DNA from: Octopus sinensis
Taxonomy: Eukaryota
DNA length: 64,000 nucleotides
Direction: 5' to 3'
Assembly: GCF_006345805.1 (NCBI RefSeq)
Contig: NC_042997.1
Span: 123,504,001-123,568,000 of the forward strand
The position numbers and the translations under genes are program-made. Below are positions 12,544 through 25,303 of the stretch, piece by piece. The notes under the pieces are model-generated. The model was not told the DNA's origin and searched no databases. It saw only the letters and a program-made list of their open reading frames with translations. Within the stretch, counting starts at the first letter, position 1; each line of letters begins with the position of its first letter.

Positions 12544-13902
12544 TATATATTATATATATATATATATAAATAAGCATTCAGCCATAAGCGGACATGTTAA
12601 CTGTATCAAACAAGAAGTTAATAATTAAATTGATATAGTATTAACATCCGGGTAATTCCTAGTGTTAGGTAAGTAATTCCAAATATCACTTAGAAGATTT
12701 TCCTGAAATCCGGCGTAAATGACAAAATGAGCAAAGTTCTTTAATTAATGGTTACTCTTTATATAATTATCGATCGTTTTTTTGTGCCAGCATATTCACA
12801 TACAGAAAAATGGTATAAAATACCAAACCAATATATGAGAAAATTAATGATAAGACAATATTATCAAGGTAATCCAAAAGAGATTAAGATCAATGGGTTA
12901 TTTCGTCGTACATGGAAACATAAACTGGCAATTCATCTTACCCTGATCGTTTTCTGTGTGTAATAGAATTGCCTTCCCTACTTGCACAAGTAATGTTTAA
13001 TTTCTATTTTCATACACCAAACAATATTGTCTTTCTCCGAATACAATTCTAACAATTTATGACTGCCCGCCTTCCCTTTTTTTTCTTTATGTTAAGATGT
13101 AGCCTGTCAATATGTCCACCGTGTATTGCCAGGTTTCTCCTTCTTTCCTTATCCGAGGATTGAAGTTTCTGTGTTCGCCATTGTCACACGAAAGAAGTTT
13201 GATGGAAGTTTTTGCTTGCAACTTATTACTCCCAATCAATTTAGTTTTCAACATTACTTTTAGCCTTCTCTAATTCCCTCATACAGTACCTTTTACTTTG
13301 GGCATTCCATAAATTCGCCCACTTCAAATATACCCAGATACATGCCCCCTTCCTTGTCCATTCACTTCATTACCTTTCCCATGAACAACATCCCACCATC
13401 CACTTGTCGGATATTACCGTTGTTTAGAATCAATACTCTCCGCTTTTTCAGTCTTAATTCCATTCCAGTATCCACGCTAAAGCAATGCACTCTTTGAATA
13501 ATTGAATTCAGCTAGTTTTCATCTTTCTCATAAAGTTTCACGTCGTCCATAAAAAAGGAGGTAATTGATCTTATCTTTTCTTTTCTTGAACTCATATCCA
13601 GCTCTGGTATTTCACAAAATCAGTCAACAGATTCATACACAAAAGAAATTGCAAGCTATCTCCTTTGATGTTTCCACGTTTGATGGTGACAATGCTTAAG
13701 CGTTGTGAGTTCAGTGGTCCAAATATTCATACTTCGTTTCAATAGAGTTAGCATATTTGTGTAATTCCAAATATTTTCCAGTAATCCAGAATCCACTAAT
13801 AAAGAGGCATAGCATAAGCTTTCTGGAAGACCATCCACATCATCCTTAAGTTATGGTTTCGCATCAGGCAGTTTTTTTTAGCAATATCTTATCTATCATA
13901 AG

Positions 13903-15390
13903 GCGGCGAGCTGGCAGAAACTAACGGGCAAAATGCTTAGCAGCATTTTGTCTGTCTTTACGTCCTGAGTTCAAATTCCGCCGAGGTCGACTTTGCTTTT
14001 CATCCTTTCGTGGTCGATAAATTAAGTACCAGTTGCGTACTGGAGGCGATCTGATCAACTGGCTCCCTCTCCCACCAAAAATAAAATCCGGCCTTGTGCC
14101 TGGAGTATCAGGTCATCTCATAAATCCTGCCCGATTTTTCCTTTTTTTTAAAACTGAATGAAATTTAATAGTATTTTAGAAAGTCTAATGGAATTAAAAT
14201 TGTTCTTATGTATTTGTGTACATTTAAACTAATTAAATATTATTCTGCAGAATAATAGAATTTAAATTTCTTTGATTAAAACCCTTTCTAACGTGCAGGT
14301 ATCCAAAGAGCATTTGAAGCACATAATGCTTTATGGCTACAAAAAAGGAAACTCTGCAGTCGAAACGATTCGAAACATACACTCAGTTTACGGGAAAGAA
14401 TGCTTGAATGAAAGAACGTGCAGAAGATGATTTGCAAACTTCAATAGTGGAGATTTCAGCCTTGAAGATGAAGATCGAACAGGACATCAAGTGGAGTTTG
14501 ATGATAAGCTCCTTGAGGCATTACTTGAAGAACATCCTGCATAATCAGTTGAAGAATTGGCAATAAAGCTTAGTTCAAACCATACAACTGTTCATCGTCA
14601 TCTTCAACAACTTTGAAAGGTTTCTAAACTTGGAAAATTGGTGCCTCGTGAATTGTCCGAAAGCAACTGCAAATCCCGAGTTGACATCGACTCTTCTTTC
14701 CATTCTCGCAAACTTATTTCACCCTTTTGGGATATACTTGAGACTGGTGACGAAAAATGGATCTTTATCGAAGTGCTAAACGTCGTAAACAGTGGCTTGG
14801 TAAAAGGAGAAAAGCTCAACCAGAAGCGAGAAGGGAACTTCATGGAGAAAAGGTTCTTCTCTCTATCTGGCGGGATTGCATAGGAGTAATTCACTTTCAA
14901 CTGTCACCACCTAATGCAGTAATCAATGTCCAAGTCTACTGTCAGAAATTAGAGCGTCTGGACCAGGCTTTGAAGAAAAAAAGACCCGCTTTAGTGAATC
15001 GGAAAGGAGTGATGTTTCATCAGGACATTGCGCGATCCTACACTGCAATGTTCACATTACAGAATGTCGAAGTGCTTGGTTGAGAAAAAATTCCTCATCC
15101 GCCTTATTCTACCGAACTTGATCCTTCAAACTATCATTTGTTTCATTTGGGTGACATAAATTTCGCAAGCCAGGAGGTCGAAACTGACATTTCAGAGTTC
15201 TTCGCTTTGAAACCAAGAGTTTTACATTGATGAGTTTAAAAGGCTTGTAAATAGATGGAAGTAAGTCATAGATAATCAGAGAAAACACATTGATGATTAA
15301 ATTTCAATTAAATATAACATTTGATCACCTGTTTTCTTTATTTAAAATTCGGACAGATCTTATGGGATGACCTGATAGAAAAGAATATTC
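13903..15390 (+). mobile_element. tRNA-type SINE (family A) carrying a mariner insertion; 13-bp TSD
   Basis: GGCGGCGAGCTGGCAGAA..GAGTTCAAATTCCGCCGAGGTCGAC..GGCCTTGTGCCTGGAGTA[mariner]TAGAAAAGAATATT. TSD TATCTATCATAAG at 13890-13902 and 15391-15403. Confidence 0.85.
14108..15375 (+). mobile_element. Full-length defective Tc1/mariner (mariner) transposon, ~1.27 kb
   Basis: Imperfect TIRs TCAGGTCATCTCATAAATCCTGCCCGATTTT and AAAATTCGGACAGATCTTATGGGATGACCTGA; TA duplicated on both sides. Transposase remnant from ~14331 with LVPREL (WVPHEL), TGDEKWI, FHQD and YSTELDPSNYHLF (YSPDLAP), containing stops and frameshifts. Confidence 0.93.
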
Positions 15391-17271
15391 TATCTATCAT
15401 AAGTCAGTTCTTTGTATTCTCTACATCAACTTTTGAACCCTTTTTATAGTTGTTTTGGTACATGACCACGTGCATTTCATCCACAGTATTCCGGCTGATT
15501 ACTAATCAAGATTAAAAAATGTTTTAAACATCCTCCCTATGAGGCAGCAAAACTGCCCCAGATCTCACGCTGATAATTCTACTACTGCGCTTGGTTTCTT
15601 TTAAAAGTTCTTGTTCAAAGTCGACTCTTGTCCACTTTTCCCACGCACAATCCACCCAGATATGTTTTTAGAGGTTTACGTCCCGAGAACTACATCATTG
15701 TAGTTATTGATCAATTACGTGAGAAGGCAGCTGTTTTTTTATCTCTTCGAAATATAATATATGTTAACACTACCAAGTGTTAGCGAAAGACGTAAGTTAC
15801 TTGAGTAATGTCTGCACTTAATGCCTCTTCGATTGTTAATACTAAGTATATCCCCTCCACGGTTGTGATCCCTTAATGGGAGGTAGTTTGGAATTTCTGG
15901 CCTTGCTTAGGTATTCCTACCTCAGATCTCTGCTTCTGTTCGCTGCCTCACTCTTTCTCTTTCTGTCCCTCTGTCTTGATATCGGCCTGTAATTGTCTAC
16001 CGTATTGCCTTTTTCGATGTTTTTCAGGCACAGCACTGTCCTACACATTGTCAACCACTACCGGTGTTACTTATTCGGCAGTTATTCATGCATGACATTC
16101 ACCAATTCTTTTGATCCAGCAGCCTTGAATTCCATCTGGTCCCGGGGCTTTCCACTCGCCCACTTTTTGCTGCTTTCCTTACCTTCTGCCTATTTTGAAA
16201 AGACTGCTGTTTGTTTCAGTTCTTGCAACTATTCAGCAACTTTCTTGTTCTCCTTGTCTTTGCTCCAGAAATCACAATAAATTAATAGTACGTATTGAAA
16301 ATTTTCTACCCGAAATCTCTGTACAACATCAGGTCATGCTCTTTTACTATTGCCTATATGTTTACACACATATCTGATACTGTCTCGTGTGAAATGGATA
16401 GCCTCTTGCCAGGGAAAAAAAGGTTGTTTGCTTCAGGCTGCTGAGTAATTCAGCTGCAGGACTATATTGTTCTTGCTTTTTCCATATCTTACCACAAAGC
16501 TGTCATCTTTCATCCGATTCAGGGACTAATCTTTCACATTCTATATCATCATTAATTTCTTGATACCATCGTTTTTTGGTCGATTGTAAAGAATTGGGTT
16601 TGCCGTTATTGCTTAATTTGTTGTTCAGACCTAATTAGCTTTGAATATTTGGCAAGTATGCTCTGCTTCAATTCTTCATTTACAAGCTGTTGTATCTATA
16701 CTATTCTTCAATTTTTAAATTTTCCATCATTCTTCAATTCTCCTTTTCTTTTCCTGACACCTATTGACACTACACTATTCAGGGAGTTTATATCCTCTGA
16801 AATTCTCCTTTGCCACCGAGGTTGCACATTTTCTCTTCTATCCGTCGATGTTCTCTTCACAGTTGTTCTCAATCTCATCCTTTCTGCCACAATCTTACTT
16901 GCAGCTTTGATCAGTTTCTTTGTTTATGTGATGTCCTTTTTTTCAATGTGTCTCAATACATTCTTCACTTTACTTGTCTCTTGACTTAGTCTCCATTGAT
17001 TACCCTTGATACAGTCGTGCATAAATTCTGTCCCTTCTGCACTTAATAGATCTAAAATCCTGTTTATTATTTTTCGTTTTGGGATTTTGGTTTACAAGAT
17101 TCTTTATGTGAGTTCGTGTGTTGAAGCATATTCTGTTGTGTCTGGGGAGAGTCGTTTTCTTTTTGTATCTTATAATTTAACACAATCACCGGTAAAATTT
17201 CCACTTATTTCTTATTTTTATTTTCTTAAAATTTTCGTTGCGTCTTGCAACCATTTCAATAGTCTTGAATG

Positions 17272-17331
<60 letters not shown>

Positions 17332-17344
17332 GTTATTATTATTT

Positions 17345-20142
17345 TTTTCTTCTTTCAAATTTGCTTCCATTTCTTGCCGAGTGTCTTCCCGACCCCTAGG
17401 GCAAAGAAACTCATAGTATACATTGGTAGGCCATTAAACCAAACTCAATAGTTCGTTCATTTTTTTTTTTTTTAAGTTAAATTAAAATACATGAGCAGCA
17501 ACAGTTCTCACATCGACAATGCTCTTCTCAATACGTGTGATGTACCAGTTAAGACAATCTTTTGCACTTCTTGCAGGGATGGTAAGCCAGGGATCATTCT
17601 CATAGAATTTTCGGTTCCCTACTTGATCATTTCTAGTGCTCCTACGATCACTGGTATTGTAACCGCCTTGAGATGCCACATTTTCTCAATTTCAATGAGT
17701 AGGTCTTTATATTTTCTGAGCTTGTCAAACTCTTTCGCTGAGATATTATGATCACAGGGGATGCTCATGTCGATCAATATGCAAACTTTATTGTTTTGGT
17801 CTTTCACAACAATATCTGGTTTATTGGCCTTGCTTGTTCGGTCTGTATGTACTGGAAAGTCCCACAGAATGGTTACATTTTCTCCTTCAGTTACAGCCTC
17901 AGGGTTGTGATTATACCACTTGTCGGCAGTTTTGATATTGTAATGCCGACTTATTAGCCAGTGGAGATATTGGCCAACTCTGTCATGTCTTAATTTATAC
18001 TCCACTGGAGCTAAGACTTTACATCCAGAGATTAGGTGGTCCACTGTTTCAATCATGTCGTTGCAGAATCGGCATTTTGGGTCTGCTCCATTTTTCATCA
18101 TATTGGCCTGGTAGTTCCGGGTTAATAGGCTTTGATCTTGAGCAGCCAGGATGAAACCTTCGCTCTCTGCTTTTAGCCCTGAGCTCCGTAGCCACTGATG
18201 GGTTCGCTTCTGATCAACATCAGCTTGTTTGCTGCGGGTCACATATTTGCCGTGCAGAGGTTTCTCCTCCCACCTATCAGCCAATTGCTCGTGCGCTTTT
18301 TTCATTGCCATTATTTTCATCTTCTTTGCAACAATAGTTGCCGTACTTCCCTCGGGTTGTTCAGTTTGGGTATCCTGCACGAGATGAATAGCAAATTTTT
18401 TGCTTTCCTTTATGATAGAATGAAGCTTCTTTCGTCTCTCGTGATTTTCCACGAGCTTTAGCATCCAGTCATTCGATATTTCGAGATATTTGGCCAGTCC
18501 AATTGTGGTTGTTTTGTAAGCTAGTTCAAATTGGATCAGGCCTCGACCTGCTTGGGCTCTGGGAAGGTAAAGGCGATCTACGTCTGCCTTTGGGTGGTGC
18601 ATCCTATTACAACTCAGCAGCTTGCGTATTTTCCTATCTATATTCTTTACTTCACTCATATTCCAGTTCAACACATTGTAGCTATAAGTAACAACTGGAA
18701 CTGCTAAGGGATTTATAGCTAACACCGTGTTACGTGCATTTAGTTCAGATTTCAGGACTGCACGAACTCTCCTATAACATTCCTTCCTGATCTCTTTCAT
18801 GCTTGCATGCTAAATACCAGAGCCTTCATTTATCCCTAAATATTTGTAAGTTTGTTCTTGCTCAAGCTCTCTTATGACTGTGTCAACATCTAACACGACT
18901 GAATTTGTGGTCTTCACTTTCCCTTTCTGGAAAGTGGCCTTGGCACACTTCTCAAGTCCAAACTCCATCCCGATGTCATCGCTGAATGCTTTCACGGTGC
19001 GCAATAGACCTTCAAGTTCATTAGTGTCTTTACCATAAAGTTTTAAGTCATCCATATAAAATAGATGGCTTATTTTTTTATTGGCAATTTTATACCCAAA
19101 CCCTGTTCTGTTTAATTCACTTGTAAGGGGTATTAGGGCTATGCAGAATATTAAAGGTGAAAGTGAGACACCTTGAAAAATTCCACAGTTGATGTTTATA
19201 TTTTCTGGGGCAAGTACTCCATTAGAGTGGTATAATTGGAGATTCGTATTCCACAACGACATATTGTGCATCAGGAAGTTTGAAATCACAGGAGAAATTT
19301 TGAAGATGTCCAGCGATCTCAAGATCCATGGATGCGGTATACTGTTGAAGGCCTTTTTATAGTCAATCCATGCGGTGCTGAGATTTCTGCGCTTGTTGTG
19401 ACAGTTCTCAAGGATCATGCGATTGATTAGCAGTTGATCTTTGCATCCGTAAGAGCCTCGGCGGCACCCTTTTTGTTCAGTGGGGAAAATATCGTTCTTC
19501 TCCATGAATGCATATGTTTTCTCCGCCAGGATAGATGTTAGGATTTTATACGTGGTGGATATACAAGTTATAGGCCGATAGTTTTTTGGAAGGTTGGTTT
19601 CGTTATTCTTTGGGAGTATGTAAGTAATGCCACTTGCTAACCATTCAGGTGTTTTCTTTGGGTCTCTCATAATTCCATTGAGCAGCTGAACTAGCTTACC
19701 ATGTGCGCATGGGAGCGATGCGAGCCAGAAATTCGGCACCCTATCTTTACCGGGGGATTTCCAATTATGGGCCTTCGTGAGTGCCTTTCTTAGGTCTGAT
19801 ATTGTGATGTCTTCCCATGCTTGTTGTTGTAAATTTTGGTAGGATCCTTCAGTTTGTATAATCCAGTCTGCATTTATGTTGTACGTCTTCTTGTCACTCC
19901 AAATCCTTTTCCAAAAGTTTTGAACTTCTTCCATGGGAGGGGGGTCTTTAACGGTTACTTTCTCCTTCCCTATTTCTCTGTAGAAGTTTTTGGCATTGGA
20001 TGTGAACAGCTTATTTTGCTTGTAAAACTTGTTTCTCTTCTCAAATCTTCGTATTCTTTGGGCTTTTGCTTGGACTTTTTGTTTCAGCGTTTCTTTTATT
20101 GATATCAGTTCTTCTCTTGGTGAGGATCCTGTTCTGGATCAT
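17345..20142 (-). mobile_element. R4/Dong-like element family B, 5'-truncated, bounded by (TTA)n tracts
   Basis: ORFs 18810-19934 (WKSPGKD, NYRPITC, QGVSLSP, YMDD) and 17619-18800 (CRFC..H..SGC, RHD, KPD..IDMSIP..KLRKY). Tail tract 17272-17344; 5' tract 20143-20206. Confidence 0.93.
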
Positions 20143-20143
20143 A

Positions 20144-20206
<63 letters not shown>

Positions 20207-20207
<1 letters not shown>

Positions 20208-22218
20208 CGTAGTTTTATTTTTATAGCGTGCTTTCACTTCACTACCGAGAGCAGCTCTGTGTGCCTTGGGTATGTGCTGTGATTTGTTGTGATGCTCTGA
20301 TGGTTATTGTATTGAACGTGTTCTGCGTAGGATGTGTGCAGTGCCTAGTAGTGCAATTTTCTGTATGTTATATGTGTTTGTAAGTCCTGGTGTTTTTGTT
20401 ATGTATTTGTCTGAATATTTTTTTATCATGCCTAATGCACCTACTATGATAGGAATTGTTTCTGTTTTTAGATTCCACATTCTGCTTACCTCTATTTCCA
20501 GGTCTTCGTATTTTGAGAGTTTCTCCATTTCTTTTAGAGGCACGTTGTCATCTGCCGGTATTGATACATCAATTAGAAAGCATTTTTTTCTTCATGATCT
20601 CTGACAACTATATCTGGTCTGTTGGCCTTAATTCTCTATCTGTGTGTATCGGCATATCCCAGAGTATGGTGCTTTCTCGTTTTCTGTGACCTTTTCTGGT
20701 GTGTGCCTATACCATCTTATTTCTGTTGTTATTCCATAATGTTGGCATAGCTTCCAATGTATGTAGGTTCCAACTCTGTCATGTCTGTGAATATATTCCT
20801 TCTTAGCCAGGACTGGGAGGCTAGAGATAATATGATTTATTGTTTTTGTCCATCTCCACATATTCTGCAGTTACTTGTTATATTTCTTTTCATTACATGT
20901 TTTTGGTAATTTCTGGTGGGGAGGCTTTGGCCTTGTGCTGCAATTAAAAATCCCTGTCTCTGCTTTGAGTCCTGAGCTTCTCAACCATTGCTGGGATTTT
21001 TCTTTGTCTATTTCTTTTGCGTTTAGTTTAGTGCAGTATTTACCATGAGGGGGCTTTTCTTGCCATCGTTTTATCATGGTTCGTTGCTGTGCTATTTTTA
21101 GTTTGGATTTCATTTGTTTTATAGCTTTTGTTATTTCTTCTTCTTCTTCTTCTTCTTCTTCTTCTTCTTCTTCTTCTTCTTCTTCTTCTTCTTCTTCTTC
21201 TTCTTCTTCGTCTTCTTCTTCTTCTTCTTCTTCTTCTTCTTCTTCTTCTTCTTCTTCTTCTTCTTCTTCATATTTATTAGGTGGTATGATTTCTTGTTTG
21301 TATTTGTCAGCTTCCTTAAATACTGAGAACAGTTTTTTGGTTTGCTCGTGTTTTGCCGCTATTTGTATCAGTGTTCCTTCCTTCTGAAGTAATTATTTTT
21401 GCAGTCCCATGGTGGTTATTTTATAGTAGTTTTCCAGCTGTATAAGGCCTCTACCACCTTCTATACGTTGTATATATAGTCTTCCTATGTCAGATTTTGG
21501 GTGATGCATCCTAGATCCTGTCATTATTTTTCTTGTTTTCCTATCTATTTTGGTCAGTTCATTTAGTGTCCAGTTAAGAATATTGTAGCTGTAACTTATA
21601 ACTGGGACAGCTAAAGTGTTAATACCTATTATCTTGTTTTTAGCATTGAGCTCTGTTTTTAGTATTGATCTAACTCGTCTATAATCTTTTTTTATTTTCT
21701 CTTTCATTTGTGTGTGTTGTGATTTATAGTTCATGGATTCCTAAGTATTTGTAAGTTTGGCTTAGGTCTAATTCTTTTATTTCATTGGTTTTATCTAGTG
21801 TGATGTTGCTACTCTTAACTAGTTTTCCTCTTTTCATGGTTACTTTGGCGCATTTTTCTAATCCAAATTTCATATCTATTTCTTTGGTAAATCCATGAAC
21901 TGTCTTTAATAGTGTTTCCAGCTGTTTGTCATTTGCAGCGTATAGTTTTAGGTCATCCATATATAAAAGGTGGCTGATCGTTTTGCCATAACATTTACAT
22001 CCGCATCCAGTTCTATTTAGCATATCAGATAGAGGTGGCAGTGCCAAGCAGAAAAAGGAGTGGAGAGAGCGTGTCTCCCTGGAATATTCCTCTTCTAATG
22101 GGGATGGCTTTGGTTTTCATGAGTCCCTCTTTTGTTTGAAGCTCTAGCACTGTTTGCCATTCATTCATAGAGTGCCCTATGAATTTTATAATTGTTGGTG
22201 GTACTTTGTTAATGGCTA
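20207..22218 (-). mobile_element. R4/Dong-like element family A, copy 3, 5'-truncated, with internal (GAA)n expansion
   Basis: Reverse complement matches 1693-3605. 3' end AAAATAAAACTACGG plus (TAA)n. 5' junction TAATAATAGCCATTAAC. Multiple frameshifts. Confidence 0.94.
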
Positions 22219-22896
22219 TTATTATTATTATTATTATTACTATTATTATTAATATTATTACTATTATTATTATTATTGTTATTATTGTTGTTGTTGCTTT
22301 TGTTATTGTTGTTGTTGTTGTGTTGTTGTTCTTCTTCTTCTTCTTCTTCTTCTTGTTATTGTTGTTGTTGTTGTTATCGTTCTTCTCCTTCTTCTTTTTT
22401 ATTATTGTTTGGTATTCGTTGTTTAAGTAGTTACCGATCTCGATTCTTTCACGATTCACGGTATTATAGTTTTGCGAACAATTGTCAATGTCTTCAAAAA
22501 TACCTCTTTCTTTTCTTGTATGACCAGCATCACCTGATATCCTTCATTTAATAGCTTGAGTCCGAATTCCCCCTTAAAATCAGTACGATATCAGTCGACT
22601 ATGTTCACGTAGGAAATAACGTCCACCTAATCCTTAACATACAGCTTGAAATCAGTCACGAAGAGCTGATGAGTGATTCTTTTTTTTGTTTGTTTTGAAC
22701 TGATGCCCCAGAGTAAGATTAGCATTTAGTCATGAATTGCAATTAGCCTAGGAGAATGATTACTCCAATTTTAAAACCAATAGAAGAAGGTCACTTTCAC
22801 CTTGGTGGTTAACTTTACTACAGATGGTGTCTCAATAAAAGCACTGATGGCTGGCAACCAAAGTTTACACCTCAATTATGAGTGAAAATGTCGAAC

Positions 22897-22947
<51 letters not shown>

Positions 22948-22948
<1 letters not shown>

Positions 22949-23070
22949 TCTTCAAATTTTCTTCCGTTTCTTGCCGAGTGTTTTCCGTACACCTAGGGCG
23001 GAAAAGCTCATTGTATGCATTCTCTGATTACCCACACAAATTCATAGATAAAATACGTAGTTAAAATTTA
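22948..23070 (-). mobile_element. Short 3'-end fragment of a family B-like R4 element with (TAA)n tail
   Basis: TTCAAATTTTCTTCCGTTTCTTGCCGAGTGTTTTCCGTACACCTAGGGC matches the family B 3' UTR at 17350-17405; tract at 22897-22947. Confidence 0.75.
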
Positions 23071-23174
23071 ATAAATAAGTAAATTCATGAATGAATGGTA
23101 AGCCTGTTATCATTTCCAAATAGGCTTCAGTGCCTTTTTTTTATCATTTTATTATTATTATTGTTGTTGTTATT

Positions 23175-24436
23175 GTTTATTCCGGTCGATTCGTGAGAGC
23201 GGACTGCAGCCTGTTGTTAGAGGTCACATACAGTCCCTTTCCGCACATTATGAACTTTGATTATTGATTGTTGTTTTTCTTGAACAACATTCAACATCTA
23301 AGCGCCAGTCTCAAAATCCTAGCTGTCCCCTACAACTACCGGATTGACGGACACTCTCCTCATAGTCCATATTCCTGCAATTTTGTCTTTTAGTAGCCTG
23401 AAATTTTCAATATTTTCTAGTTCTTTGTCGCTTATGCGTGTATCCCCAATTATTGCAATATATATAATCTTGGTTTCCTTTCTTCCTTTATCTACCACAA
23501 CAATATCTAGTCCCCGAGCCTCGATTAGGAAGTCCGCATGGATTGTAAAATACCCACAGTATTTTATATTCCTTGTTCTCAGTGACTTCTGGTTCATGTT
23601 TAGACCAGTTCCGTACTCTGTCCAGGCCATACTTTCCACACAGCTTCAAGTGTACGAACTTAGCCACGCTATCATGCCTCCTTTTGTGATGATTTTGAGC
23701 CAGCTTACTCCACTCACAATACGTGAGATTATTGGGTTTCTGCTGCCAAGCATCTTACAGAGAGGTGATTTGGAACCTGGTGTAATTATGTCACAGTGCT
23801 TTTTCTTGGGTACTGCATATGAGTGCATCGTTTCAGATTGCGTTTTCTTAGTCATCTCCAAGTGTTGATCTTGTCTTTTCTGTCGTTTTTTTTTAAGGTG
23901 ATTTCATTTTCCAATTTTTTACTTTTTCATCTTAATCTTGTTTCTTAAATATTTGTGGTGCAACACATTTTCGACTGGTACTTTATTGTTAATTCTAACA
24001 GCGGCAAACAAGGATTCACTCTGTTGCTTGATGCGTCATCCCAGACTGCTCTCGTTGACAACACATTTCTTGCATTCTATGAGGCCAATTCCTCATAGGC
24101 ACTTACAGTCAGTTAATATAGCTTTTGTGGTGTAGCTCCTTGCTAAATTTCATCACTTTTCTAGTTTTCCAGTTTATTTCTTCATGCTCGTTCTTTTTCC
24201 ACCTAGCAACACATCTGCCATATCGCATGAAGGAAACAACCCATGTGTTCATTGCCCTGATCTTGTTTTTGCATTTCCATTGAGTATACTTCCCACAATT
24301 AATTTGGTTCTTCTGAGATATTCCCGACAAAAGCTTCCTGTCATTTCACTTCCCATGATTTTGTCGTGTTCCAAAATCCCCAAATATTTATATCCATTAG
24401 TCTCAATATCCTTGACTTCCCCGCTGTTATTAATAA
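23175..24436 (-). mobile_element. Decayed R4-like element family C, 3' half
   Basis: GYKYLGILEHD..REYLRRTKL at ~24400; RGLDIVVVDK..IYIAIIGD..KELENIENF..VNPVVVG endonuclease at 23319-23639; microsatellite tracts on both sides. Confidence 0.8.
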
Positions 24437-24437
24437 G

Positions 24438-24696
<259 letters not shown>

Positions 24697-24697
<1 letters not shown>

Positions 24698-24846
24698 AGC
24701 GGGAGCTGGTAGAATCATTGGCACGCCAAGCAAAATGCTTAGCAGCACTTCGTCCGTCTTCACGTTCTGAATTCAAATTTCTCTTTTCGGAGTCGATGAA
24801 TTAAGTACCAGTTGCGCACTGGGTGTGTGCCTATAGTAGAAAGGAT
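24697..24846 (+). mobile_element. Internally deleted SINE family A
   Basis: CGGGAGCTGGTAGAATC..AAATGCTTAGCAGCA..GAATTCAAAT..AATTAAGTACCAGTTGCG..GTGCCTATAGTAGAAAGGATTATT. Confidence 0.75.
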
Positions 24847-24879
24847 TATTATTATTATTATTATCATTATTGTTGTTGT

Positions 24880-25143
24880 TGTTGTTGCTTTACTTCTCAG
24901 AACGTTTGGTCTTGTTTGTTCCGATAGATTCTCTGAGAGTGGACAGCAGCCTGCTGTCAGAGGTCTCATAGGGTTTCCTTCCATGCATTTATAGACTCAC
25001 AAATTTGGTTCTTAATTATCGTGGGAGACATTCAAAATACAAATACCAATCTCAAAATCTTAGCTGTCCCTTGCAGATCTGGTTTTTTGAGCTTGCTCTG
25101 CTGTCATATCAATTCCGATTTCTTTGACATATTTCTCGCACTT
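24880..25143 (-). mobile_element. 3'-end fragment of a family C-like R4 element
   Basis: GAGAGTGGACAGCAGCCTGCTGTCAGAGGTCTCATA and CTCAAAATCTTAGCTGTCCC match 23195-23330. Minus-strand translation KCEKYVKEIGID..TAKILRLV. TTA/TTG tracts on both sides. Confidence 0.72.
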
Positions 25144-25160
25144 TATTGTTGTTGTTGTTG

Positions 25161-25224
<64 letters not shown>

Positions 25225-25267
25225 CATTATTATTATTATTATTATTATTATATTATTATTATTATTC

Positions 25268-25303
<36 letters not shown>

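Larger units (their letters stand above)
12960..17170 (-). mobile_element. Old, heavily decayed R4-like element (family C-type) interrupted by nested insertions
   Basis: Minus-strand pieces in correct order: ETSKVKNVL..QPRWQRRI..EELKQSILAK (~17000-16600), WKAPGPDGIQGCWIK..NYRPIS (~16170-15990), TKN*LMID (~15420), LMIDKILL..GDSL (~13900-13640), INYLLFMDDVKLY (~13560). Many stops and frameshifts. Confidence 0.75.

Noticed and set aside
8431-22405. Large inverted segmental duplication explaining R4 copies 2 and 3
   Set aside because: Similarity stops at the element ends and the flanking sequences differ, so they are treated as separate insertions.
22666-22672. CTGATGA hammerhead-core match
   Set aside because: No stem II followed by GAAA and no closing stem I.
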